A stretch of 62,167 bases of DNA, counting the filler. It is 4 parts of 4 records of this genome, joined end to end, with 100 filler letters (N's around TTAATTAATTAA, not from the genome) between each part and the next. Parts side by side here need not be neighbours in the genome. Positions count along the whole stretch, not along the records: positions 1 to 29,545 come from DRR723986_7817; 3 more parts are not named here. One strand, given 5' to 3'. Position numbers and translations under genes: made by a program. How positions within the stretch are numbered: the first letter of the stretch is position 1; each line of letters begins with the position of its first letter. The notes beneath the pieces were generated by a model that saw only the letters and a program-made list of their open reading frames with translations, did not search any database and had not been told where the DNA came from. Shown here in pieces: positions 9,286 to 18,093 of this stretch.

Positions 9286-10407
9286 GTGATTAAAGCCGTC
9301 ATCAGCGGGACCGGCCTGTATACGCCGCCCGCCATTATCGAGAATGATGAACTGGTTGAAGCGTTCAATCAGTACGTGGAGCTGTTCAACAACGAGCATG
9401 CCGACGAAATTGCCCGTGGTGAGGTCGCTGCCCTGCAACCCTCGTCTTCTGCCTTTATTGAAAAAGCCTCCGGTATCAAGCGCCGGCATGTTATTGATCG
9501 GGATGGTATTCTTGATCCCCACCGGATGACCCCCTACATTCCGGAGCGCAGCAACGATGAACCGTCGGTACAGTGCGATATGGCTGTGGCCGCGAGCAAG
9601 GAAGCCCTGGCCCAGGCGGGTAAAACGGCGGCCGATGTCGATGCCGTCATTGTTGCCTGTTCCAACCTGCAAAGGCCGTATCCGGCCATCGCCATTGAAG
9701 TGCAGGAAGCCCTGGGTATTGAAGGCTTTGCCTATGACATGAACGTGGCGTGCAGTTCTGCCACTTTCGGCCTGCAGGCGGCAGTCAACTCGGTCGAAAA
9801 TGGTGCAGCACGTTCGGTGCTGGTGGTCAGCCCGGAAATCTGCTCCGGCCACTTGAATTTCAGGGATCGGGACAGCCACTTTATCTTCGGTGATGCCTGC
9901 ACGGCGATACTGGTTGAGCGTGAGGAAGACACTAAAGCCGGCCAGGGTTTTGAAATTCTGGGTACTCGTCTAAAAACCAAGTTTTCCAACAACATCCGGA
10001 ATAACTTCGGCTTCCTCAATCGTGCCGATGAATCCGGCATTGGCAAGGCGGACAAACTGTTTATCCAGCAAGGGCGGAAGGTGTTCAAGGAAGTCTCGCC
10101 CCTGGTGGCCGAGACCATTCAGGGCCACCTGGCATCCCTTTCCCTCAGCCCGGATAATCTCACCCGGATGTGGCTGCATCAGGCCAACCTGAATATGAAC
10201 CAGTTAATTGCGCGCAAGGTTCTGGGTCGCGATGCCAGTGTGGAAGAGGCTCCGGTGATTCTGGACGAATACGCTAACACCAGTTCCGCTGGTTCCATCA
10301 TCGCGTTCCACAAATACAAGGACGATCTGAAAGCCGGCGATCTGGGCGTGATCTGCTCATTCGGCGCCGGCTATTCCATTGGCAGCGTCGTGGTTCGCCA
10401 CCGCTGA
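9286..10407 (+). CDS. beta-ketoacyl-ACP synthase III (PA3286-like FabH family)
   Basis: DMNVACSS (Cys), LHQAN (His), YANTSSA (Asn) catalytic triad; SFGAGYS; ~373-aa long KAS III form. Confidence 0.88.
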   Translation: MIKAVISGTGLYTPPAIIENDELVEAFNQYVELFNNEHADEIARGEVAALQPSSSAFIEKASGIKRRHVIDRDGILDPHRMTPYIPERSNDEPSVQCDMAVAASKEALAQAGKTAADVDAVIVACSNLQRPYPAIAIEVQEALGIEGFAYDMNVACSSATFGLQAAVNSVENGAARSVLVVSPEICSGHLNFRDRDSHFIFGDACTAILVEREEDTKAGQGFEILGTRLKTKFSNNIRNNFGFLNRADESGIGKADKLFIQQGRKVFKEVSPLVAETIQGHLASLSLSPDNLTRMWLHQANLNMNQLIARKVLGRDASVEEAPVILDEYANTSSAGSIIAFHKYKDDLKAGDLGVICSFGAGYSIGSVVVRHR

Positions 10408-10413
10408 GCCTGT

Positions 10414-10821
10414 TTATCTCGCTGCCAGCGCCCGCAAGGTGTCTGGCAGCGGGGTGGATTTGCGTGTCGCCCGGTCCGTCCAGACGATTTTCGCATAGCC
10501 TTCCGCGTAGATATCTCCGGTATCCTTGTCTTTCAACAGGTGGTAAGTGTCCAGGCTGGTATTTCCGGCTTTGTCCGCGTAAGTTTCCACCACCACATTG
10601 GCGGGGTGAGTCAGCTCCTTCAGGAATGTGGCGCTGGTCTTTATAATGACCGGCCCGGTGGCGTCTTCGGCACCACCGAGTTCCAGTGAGGCAAGCCAGA
10701 CAATCCGGGCTTCTTCAAAGAAACGAAAGTAAACTGTGTTATTGGCGTGGCCGTATGCATCCATATCACCCCATCGCAGTGCCATGGCGAGGGAGCTGAC
10801 GGGATTTCCCGGTACTGACAT
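10414..10821 (-). CDS. acyl-CoA thioesterase (4HBT hotdog family)
   Basis: RWGDMDAYGHANNTVYFRFFEEAR motif. Confidence 0.88.
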   Translation of the reverse strand: MSVPGNPVSSLAMALRWGDMDAYGHANNTVYFRFFEEARIVWLASLELGGAEDATGPVIIKTSATFLKELTHPANVVVETYADKAGNTSLDTYHLLKDKDTGDIYAEGYAKIVWTDRATRKSTPLPDTLRALAAR

Positions 10822-10909
10822 CGGATTTCCTCCGGAAGGTTGAAAAATAATAATAAAGCGCCGGTATTGTTGACGAAACTGAACAGGTTAAACAACCCAA
10901 GAGAGCGAC

Positions 10910-11692
10910 ATGAAAGAGCGTAAGTCCCGGCGCTGGTCATCCTGGATGGTCATCGCAGTTTTCCCGGCCCTGGCGGTCTTTAATCCGGCCACGGCCCAGA
11001 ATCTCCAGGAGCCCCCGGGTGAACAGACTATGCCGGTTGAAACCGGCGATCCCTATGAAAACTGGAACCGAAAGGTCTTCGCCTTTAATGATGCTATTGA
11101 CCGGTGGTTTCTCCGGCCGGTAGCCAAGGGCTATCGCACCGTCACACCAGATCTGGTGGACCGGGGGATTACCAATTTTTTCAATAACCTGACCGAAATC
11201 CGTAACTTCACCAACAGCCTTCTGCAGCTGAAGGGTGAGTCTGCGGTTGTGGCGGTTGGCCGTTTTACCTACAACACGGTTTTCGGCCTTGGTGGTTTCT
11301 TTGATGTTGCCAACGCCTTCGAGCTGCCCGAGCGGCCAGAGGATTTCGGCCAGACCCTGGCAACCTGGGGAGTGGATTCCGGTCCTTACCTGATGCTGCC
11401 GTTGCTTGGGCCGTCCACGCCTCGGTATTTCACGGGTATGGCGGCGGACGGGTTCATGCTGCCTTCGGCGTGGGACTCGGTCGAGAACCCCGAATGGTAT
11501 TACCTGCGAATGCTCCAGATTGTGGATAAGCGGGCAGACCTGATCCCGGCGGAGAATTTCATTTCCGGGGATCGGTACACGTTTATGCGCAATGCCTTCC
11601 TGCAGCGTCGTGAATTCCTGATTAACGATGGTAAGATCACCGAAGATCCTTTCGCGAGTGATGATGACGATCTGATGCTCGACGATTTCTGA
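10910..11692 (+). CDS. mlaA: MlaA/VacJ family lipid asymmetry protein
   Basis: DPYENWNR, EDFGQTLATWG, GPYLMLPLLGPSTPR, DRYTFMRNAFLQRR motifs. Confidence 0.9.
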   Translation: MKERKSRRWSSWMVIAVFPALAVFNPATAQNLQEPPGEQTMPVETGDPYENWNRKVFAFNDAIDRWFLRPVAKGYRTVTPDLVDRGITNFFNNLTEIRNFTNSLLQLKGESAVVAVGRFTYNTVFGLGGFFDVANAFELPERPEDFGQTLATWGVDSGPYLMLPLLGPSTPRYFTGMAADGFMLPSAWDSVENPEWYYLRMLQIVDKRADLIPAENFISGDRYTFMRNAFLQRREFLINDGKITEDPFASDDDDLMLDDF

Positions 11693-11715
11693 GTGTACAA
11701 GCCGGGAGGCGACAG

Positions 11716-13203
11716 GTGATCAAGGACCCGAGAATAACCCGTTTCCGAAAAATGCTGGCGCAGGCCACGAATTATGAACAGTGGAAAGCGGCCGCACTGG
11801 AGCTGGATTTTCTTGAGGGCAATGCCGAATGGAAAGAGGATTTTGCCTCCGATCTTTACCATTACGAGCTGATCTATGATCGCCTGTCCAATCTCAAGCA
11901 GTATCGCCAACAGAATGATTTCGAGCGCCTGAAGCGCGCGCTCAGGGAAGGGTTGCATCACGACCTTGGCAACATGGGGAATCCGGCGCTGTACACCCGC
12001 TCCCGCGTCGGTACCAAACACCTGATTGAAGAATACATCACTCAGGTCTGTGAGTCGCTGGATTACCTGTGTGACCACCCGGTCCCTGGTTTCCCGGTGT
12101 ATGACAAACTGCAGTTTTTCCGCGACACCCTGACAAGCTACGGGCGGCCCACCTTACTGTTGAGTGGTGGCGCCAGTCTGGGCATGTTCCATTTTGGAGT
12201 TATCAAGGCGCTCTGGGAGAAAGGCCTTTTGCCGCAGGTGATTGCCGGCTCCAGCATCGGCGCCATTATCGCCGGCATTCTGGGGGTTCATACCGATGCT
12301 GAAATTCCTGAAATGCTGGTGCCTGAAAGCCATAACCTGAAAGCATGGAAATGGCGGGGGTTGTTAAGCGCCATGCGCGGAACCGGACTGATGGACCAGG
12401 ACACATTGCGTCGATGCCTGCGGGAGAATATTGGCGACTATACCTTTGAGGAAGCCTACCAGCGCACGGGGCGCAGTATTAATATCAGTGTGTCTCCGGT
12501 GCAGGCGCATCAGAAAGCCCGCTTGCTGTGCGGTTACACGTCACCGTACCTGTTGGTGTGGAGTGCCGCCCTGGCCAGTGCCGCTGTACCGGGTATTTTC
12601 CCGCCAGTAACGCTGATGAAAAAAGATCTTAACGGTAATTCGCTGCCCTACATGCCGCGGCTCAAGTTTGTGGACGGCTCTGTTGTGAGCGATCTGCCTA
12701 TTGAACGACTGATGCACCTTTATGATGTAAATTTCACCATTGTCAGCCAGACCAACCCTCACGTGGTGCCGTTTCTGACGGATCGTGGCCAGGATGAAAA
12801 ACTGTCGCTGACCAATCTGCCGTCCCACTTGCTGAAATCCGAGATACAGTTCCACGGGCAAGGCGTATTCGATTACCTTCGAAAACGTGTTCGGCCAGAG
12901 ATCCTGCGGCAGCTTTCCGGCCAGATGTATACCATTATGGCTCAGCGATACTCCGGCGATGTGACCATCGCACCAAACTATTCCCTGCGACATTTTCGGC
13001 GTATGCTTGCCAACCCGAGCCCTGAGTATGTTCGTGAGATGATTCTGGAAGGTGAGCGGGCGACCTGGCCCAAGATATCCATGATCCGCTCCCACGCACG
13101 GATCTCGAAAACCCTGGAGCGTTGCGTTCGCCGCCTGAAACAGCAAAACCGGCGCGCAGCGGAACTCAAACTGGTAAGCGGTGATACCCCGGCCAGGCCC
13201 TGA
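11716..13203 (+). CDS. patatin-like lipase with N-terminal DUF3336 (TGL3/4-like)
   Basis: LSGGASLG oxyanion motif, GSSIG nucleophile motif, DGS catalytic Asp, IVSQTNPH. Confidence 0.85.
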   Translation: MIKDPRITRFRKMLAQATNYEQWKAAALELDFLEGNAEWKEDFASDLYHYELIYDRLSNLKQYRQQNDFERLKRALREGLHHDLGNMGNPALYTRSRVGTKHLIEEYITQVCESLDYLCDHPVPGFPVYDKLQFFRDTLTSYGRPTLLLSGGASLGMFHFGVIKALWEKGLLPQVIAGSSIGAIIAGILGVHTDAEIPEMLVPESHNLKAWKWRGLLSAMRGTGLMDQDTLRRCLRENIGDYTFEEAYQRTGRSINISVSPVQAHQKARLLCGYTSPYLLVWSAALASAAVPGIFPPVTLMKKDLNGNSLPYMPRLKFVDGSVVSDLPIERLMHLYDVNFTIVSQTNPHVVPFLTDRGQDEKLSLTNLPSHLLKSEIQFHGQGVFDYLRKRVRPEILRQLSGQMYTIMAQRYSGDVTIAPNYSLRHFRRMLANPSPEYVREMILEGERATWPKISMIRSHARISKTLERCVRRLKQQNRRAAELKLVSGDTPARP

Positions 13204-13209
13204 GGAACC

Positions 13210-14898
13210 ATGTACTACGATTTCTTCGGCTTCCGTGAGCCGCCATTTTCAATCGCTCCCGACCCCCGATATCTCTACCTCAGCGATCGCCACAAGGAAG
13301 CACTGGCGCACCTGATGTACGGTGTGCAGGGGCAGGGCGGTTTCATTGTGATCACTGGCGAGGTGGGCACCGGTAAAACCACGGTTTGTCGCTGCTTCAT
13401 AGAAAACGCGCCGGCACATGTGGATATTGCGTTGGTCCTGAATCCGCGCCTGTCCGCCAGGGAACTGTTGTCGTCCGTTTGTGATGAACTGGAAATAGCG
13501 CATCAACCTGATGCCAGTATCAAAACCCTGGTCGACAGCATCAACCAGGATTTGTTGAAAGCCCACGCTGCGGGCCGGCACAAGGTTTTGATTATTGACG
13601 AGGCCCAGAACCTCTCCGCTGAGGTGCTCGAACAGCTGCGCCTGCTGACCAACCTGGAAACCTCGGAAAAGAAACTGCTGCAGATTGTTCTGCTTGGCCA
13701 GCCGGAATTGCAGGAGATCCTGGCTCTGCCGGAACTTCGCCAGCTTAATCAAAGGGTCACGGCACGCTACCACCTGGATGCAATAGACCGGCAGGAATTG
13801 CCTGCCTATCTGCAGTACCGGCTTAATGTTGCCGGTATGCGGGGTGATATTTTTACCCCCGGGGCGGTCCGTAGACTGTATCGGGAAAGTCAGGGCGTAC
13901 CCCGGCTTATCAATCTGATCAGCGACCGGGCACTGCTCGGCGCCTATGCGGAGGGAGATCATCTGATCTCCGTCACCCACATTCGCAAAGCGGCAAAAGA
14001 GGTCAATGGCGGGCTGGCGATGGCCCCGGCCGGCGGGACGTTCCGAAGCCGGGGCAGTCATGTATGGTTGGTTGTCGCCTCGGTCATACTGGCCATCATT
14101 GGCACCTTGTGGCTGCTTGAACTTCCTGGTTCACCCACCCCGGCACTCGCCGAGCCCAAGGCCGAACGGTCCGTTGCAGGTGTGATTGAACGGGAGGCAG
14201 AGCCTGAGCCGCAAACGGTATCAGATTCTGACCAGCCGGAAATCGTGGCACCGGAGCCAACATCGCAGGGGTTCGTGTTCAACCAGCACACCCAGTCGTT
14301 GGCTGAGGCCTTCGGCGCTTTGTTTGATCTGTGGGGCAAGAATTATGAACCGTCGGCCAACCCGATTGCCTGTGATTACGCTGCAACGGTAGGGCTGGCC
14401 TGCCTTGAACGCCAGGGCAGTCGGAGAAGTCTGGAGTTTATCAATCGGCCGGCCATCCTTCAGTTAAGGGATGAGCGCGGTCGTACCCGCCAGGTAGTTG
14501 TGGAACAGCTGGATGGTGAGCTGGCCATGATTGCGACGCCGGTGGGCAGCCAACAAGTGCCGTTTCGTGAGATTGAGGAATACTGGTACGGTGATTTCAG
14601 GGTACTTTGGCGAATTCCTGAATTCATGACCGGCGATGGTTTCTACGGCGATGACTCCGGCCAGCAACTATGGATCGGTGCCCGGATGATGGAGCTTGCA
14701 GAGCGTCTGAGCAGCGGTGGGCAGGAAGCGGCCCGGGTGAAGCGTATGGAGATGACCGACCAGGTGCGCTGGTATCAGGAAAAACGTGGGCTCACTGTGG
14801 ATGGTATTGCAGGCGCCATGACCATTATCCAGATGAACAACGATCTGGCCGAGAATATTCCACGTCTGGTTTCGTCGGTGATGGTCAGGAGCGGGTAG
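13210..14898 (+). CDS. exeA: ExeA/GspA family AAA ATPase with C-terminal peptidoglycan-binding domain
   Basis: MYYDFFG..PFSIAPDPRYLY, GEVGTGKTT, IIDEAQNL, C-terminal GLTVDGIAG. Confidence 0.9.
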   Translation: MYYDFFGFREPPFSIAPDPRYLYLSDRHKEALAHLMYGVQGQGGFIVITGEVGTGKTTVCRCFIENAPAHVDIALVLNPRLSARELLSSVCDELEIAHQPDASIKTLVDSINQDLLKAHAAGRHKVLIIDEAQNLSAEVLEQLRLLTNLETSEKKLLQIVLLGQPELQEILALPELRQLNQRVTARYHLDAIDRQELPAYLQYRLNVAGMRGDIFTPGAVRRLYRESQGVPRLINLISDRALLGAYAEGDHLISVTHIRKAAKEVNGGLAMAPAGGTFRSRGSHVWLVVASVILAIIGTLWLLELPGSPTPALAEPKAERSVAGVIEREAEPEPQTVSDSDQPEIVAPEPTSQGFVFNQHTQSLAEAFGALFDLWGKNYEPSANPIACDYAATVGLACLERQGSRRSLEFINRPAILQLRDERGRTRQVVVEQLDGELAMIATPVGSQQVPFREIEEYWYGDFRVLWRIPEFMTGDGFYGDDSGQQLWIGARMMELAERLSSGGQEAARVKRMEMTDQVRWYQEKRGLTVDGIAGAMTIIQMNNDLAENIPRLVSSVMVRSG

Positions 14899-14901
14899 CG
14901 T

Positions 14902-15666
14902 ATGTCGTATATTCTCGATGCGCTCCGAAAATCCGAAGCGGAGCGCCGACAGGGCAAAGCGCCTGATCTCGGACAACCGGTACAGATGGTATACCGCCCC
15001 AGACGTAAGCCGGTATCGGCCGTGGTGTGGGTTGCACTGGCCTTGTTAGTGAACGCGGGTGTGCTTGCCTGGTTGTTCTGGCCGGAGCGAGACGCAAAGA
15101 TCGTGACGGTGCAGGGGGCTCCTGCTGTAGCCCAGGAACAGTCCGAACCGGTACCCGATGTGCCGGCGGCTGAGCCTGAGCCTGATCCTGAGCCGCTTGC
15201 AGAGACTGAAATAGCGGATCCGGTCCGGGTTTCCGGAGGGCAGGACCTGTCTCAGGAAAAAGGTACAGGCGTGGTCACTGAGGCAGGTGATGATGCCATG
15301 TCAGATGAGCCCGGCGTCAACCAGCAGTCCTGGGACGAACCTGTCGTCATTGTTCCAAGTCGGTCCGAAAGTGAGCCGTTGCAACAATCTGCCTTGACGG
15401 AACGGGTGCCGCAGGGCAGGGTGCCTCACCTTGTGGAACTACCCCTTTCTTTTCAGAAGAGTGTCCCTGATTTGACCTTTAACAGTCACATATTTGCATC
15501 TGACCCCTCCGCCAGTCGTGTCATGATCAATGGCCATTACCTGAAGCCGGGAGACGGCTTTGGGTCGCTGTTGGTAGAACGTATTACCGAAGACGGCGTG
15601 GTGCTCAGCAAGAACGGCCAGTTTTTCCGTGTAGGTACCGTACGTGACTGGGTGAGCCCGAGATAA
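14902..15666 (+). CDS. gspB: general secretion pathway protein GspB/ExeB
   Basis: MSYILDALRKSEAER N-terminus, TM, C-terminal PDLTFNSHIFAS..RVMING; directly after exeA. Confidence 0.88.
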   Translation: MSYILDALRKSEAERRQGKAPDLGQPVQMVYRPRRKPVSAVVWVALALLVNAGVLAWLFWPERDAKIVTVQGAPAVAQEQSEPVPDVPAAEPEPDPEPLAETEIADPVRVSGGQDLSQEKGTGVVTEAGDDAMSDEPGVNQQSWDEPVVIVPSRSESEPLQQSALTERVPQGRVPHLVELPLSFQKSVPDLTFNSHIFASDPSASRVMINGHYLKPGDGFGSLLVERITEDGVVLSKNGQFFRVGTVRDWVSPR

Positions 15667-17843
15667 TGGCGCTGACAGAGGACGTTAAACAGCAAATTCA
15701 GCAAGCCTATCGGGATGTGTTGGCGGGCAAGGATATCCGCGCCCGTTACGGCCAGCGCTTGATGATTGCGGAGATTGCCCGGTACATGGGGGAAATCACC
15801 GACAACGATGGCCAGCGCACTTCCCCGCCAGCTACCTGCGTGGTGGAGGCTGGTACCGGTACAGGTAAAACGCTGGCCTACCTCATCGCCGCCATTCCGG
15901 TGGCGAAAGCCCTTGGCAAGACTCTGGTGATTTCCACCGCCACGGTGGCGCTTCAGGATCAAATCGTTCTGAAAGATCTGCCGGACCTGCGTAAACACAG
16001 CAAGCTGGATTTCAGCTGGACTCTTGCCAAAGGCCGTGGTCGTTACCTGTGTATGTCGCGACTGGAAGCGAGGCTGCACGATGAGGGCCATGGTGACAGC
16101 GATACCATGCCGTTGTTCCTGTTGGATCAGCCGGTAGACGACGAAGCCCGTAGCCGGGCCACCTTTGAAAACATGCTTGCCAGTTATGGTTCCCGGGACT
16201 GGGACGGCGACCGGGATCACTGGCCGGAACAGATTCCCGATGAAATCTGGCGTCAGGTGACGACTGATCATCGCCAGTGCACCAACCGGCACTGCGCCTA
16301 CTTTGACAGTTGTGCGTTCTTTGATGCCCGCAAGGATCTGGACGATGCCGATGTGGTGGTGGCCAATCATGACCTGGTGCTGGCGGATCTGGCCCTGGGC
16401 GGTGGCGCCATTCTTCCGGAGCCGGAGAACGCGCTGTTCATCTTCGATGAAGCCCATCACCTGCCAGACAAGGCCCTGAACCATTTCGCCGCGTCGGTGC
16501 CGTTGAACTCCACCCGGCAATGGCTGAAACAGCTTTCCCAGGCGCTGGTCAAGATGCAGCCCTGGCTTCCAGCGGGCTCCCAGGCCGCCAAAGCGGTTGA
16601 AAAGATCAGTACCGCGGGCCGGGACCTGGACCTGGCTCTCACTCGCGTGTACGAAGAGGTTGAGCAGAATACCGGCTGGGAATTCAACGAAGAGCGCCGC
16701 AGTGCCCAGTGGCGGTATCCGGATGGTGCCTTGCCCGAGAAGCTGGCCGAACTGGCTGGGGAGACACGAATCGCCACGGCAGGGCTGTGTCGGCACCTCG
16801 GAACATTGGTCGATGAACTCCAGAGCGCATTCGATGAGCGCAAGGATCCCGAGCTGGACCGGGACACAGCAGATTCCTGGTATCCGGTAGTAGGTTCCTT
16901 TCATGCAAGGGCGGAAGATCAGCTGCGGTTGTGGATTGCCTGGAGCGAAGGTGTCGCCATCGTCAGTGATGAAGAGGAGCCGGTGGTCGAAGCTCCTGCC
17001 CGTAAAGGCCCACCGGCGGCAAGGTGGGCAGTGCGCCAGCGTTGGGACCATGCTGAAGACATTACCTTGTTCAGCTCGCCGGTACTGGCCGATAACCTGC
17101 TGTATTCGAGATTGTGGTCGAGGGCTTACGGAGCGGTACTTACCAGCGCCACGCTGACGGCGCTCGGGCGCTTTGATCGCCTTCGTTCACGGGCCGGATT
17201 GCCTGAGGCCAGCCGTTATCTGGTAGTGCCCAGTTCTTTCCGGTACGCCGAAATGGCGACGGTGGAAGTGCCGGCCATGGTCGCGATGCCTACCGACGAT
17301 GGTTTCGCCGATGCCCTGGTTAAGCGTTTACCGGAGCTCTGGGCCGGAGAAAAGGCGACACTGGTCCTGTTCACGTCGCGCCGTCAGATGCAGCAGGTTC
17401 GTGATGCGCTGGCGCCTGAATACCCGGAACTGATCCTGACCCAGGACGATATGGCCAAGAATGAGGTGCTCAGGGTGCATTGCAGCCGGGTTGACGAAGG
17501 TAAGCCCAGTGTACTGTTTGGTGTGGCCAGTTTTGCAGAGGGCATTGACCTGCCGGGGCGCTATCTGCACCACGTGGTTATCACCCGATTGCCCTTTTCG
17601 GTACCGGATGACCCCATTGAAGCCAGTCTGGCCGAGTGGGTGACCCAGCGCGGAGGCAATCCCTTTATGGAAATCACGGTGCCGGATGCTTCTGTCAAAC
17701 TGGTGCAGGCCGTTGGCCGCCTGCTGCGAACGGAACAGGACACGGGGCGGGTGACCATTCTGGACCGCAGGATTGTGGCGCGACGCTACGGGCAGTTGCT
17801 ATTGGATGCACTCCCGCCGTTTCGCCGCATCATTGAACACTAG
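15666..17843 (+). CDS. dinG: ATP-dependent DNA helicase DinG
   Basis: EAGTGTGKT, KGRGRYLC, Fe-S cysteines, DEAHH, QAVGRLLR. Confidence 0.92.
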   Translation: MALTEDVKQQIQQAYRDVLAGKDIRARYGQRLMIAEIARYMGEITDNDGQRTSPPATCVVEAGTGTGKTLAYLIAAIPVAKALGKTLVISTATVALQDQIVLKDLPDLRKHSKLDFSWTLAKGRGRYLCMSRLEARLHDEGHGDSDTMPLFLLDQPVDDEARSRATFENMLASYGSRDWDGDRDHWPEQIPDEIWRQVTTDHRQCTNRHCAYFDSCAFFDARKDLDDADVVVANHDLVLADLALGGGAILPEPENALFIFDEAHHLPDKALNHFAASVPLNSTRQWLKQLSQALVKMQPWLPAGSQAAKAVEKISTAGRDLDLALTRVYEEVEQNTGWEFNEERRSAQWRYPDGALPEKLAELAGETRIATAGLCRHLGTLVDELQSAFDERKDPELDRDTADSWYPVVGSFHARAEDQLRLWIAWSEGVAIVSDEEEPVVEAPARKGPPAARWAVRQRWDHAEDITLFSSPVLADNLLYSRLWSRAYGAVLTSATLTALGRFDRLRSRAGLPEASRYLVVPSSFRYAEMATVEVPAMVAMPTDDGFADALVKRLPELWAGEKATLVLFTSRRQMQQVRDALAPEYPELILTQDDMAKNEVLRVHCSRVDEGKPSVLFGVASFAEGIDLPGRYLHHVVITRLPFSVPDDPIEASLAEWVTQRGGNPFMEITVPDASVKLVQAVGRLLRTEQDTGRVTILDRRIVARRYGQLLLDALPPFRRIIEH

Positions 17844-17872
17844 ATTTCTCTCATGCCTGTAAGTTGACCCAT

Positions 17873-17904
17873 AAAAAAAGAGCCAGCCCGCAAGGGGTGG
17901 CTCT
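17873..17904 (-). terminator. Rho-independent terminator (minus strand)
   Basis: minus strand reads AGAGCCACCCC-TTGC-GGGCTGGCTCT-TTTTTT. Confidence 0.8.
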
Positions 17905-18006
17905 CATGGAAGGGGTTCTTAACGAACCCGGGCGTCGAAACAACGCGGAACAAGAAGTCTGAAGGCCTGAATTTCAGATTTCGAGGTAAGGCGTTAACCT
18001 CACCAT
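17873..18006 (-). ncRNA. candidate small RNA downstream of the MalT-like regulator
   Basis: minus-strand TATCAT -10-like box at 18013-18018, several hairpins, C-rich CCCCTTCC before the terminator, no ORF longer than ~10 codons from the first ATG. Confidence 0.3.
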
Positions 18007-18093
18007 GGTTAAATGATAGGGCTTAAAGGGGCGTAAACGGATCGTCCAAAGGGCGTAGTGACCAGGCTTAATTGGTGTCAAATGTGATGTTTA

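Noticed and set aside
13210-15666. exeAB as a complete type II secretion locus or a transposon TniB-like ATPase
   Set aside because: Has the TM and PG-binding tail of genuine ExeA with GspB; stand-alone exeAB is common and no transposase is adjacent
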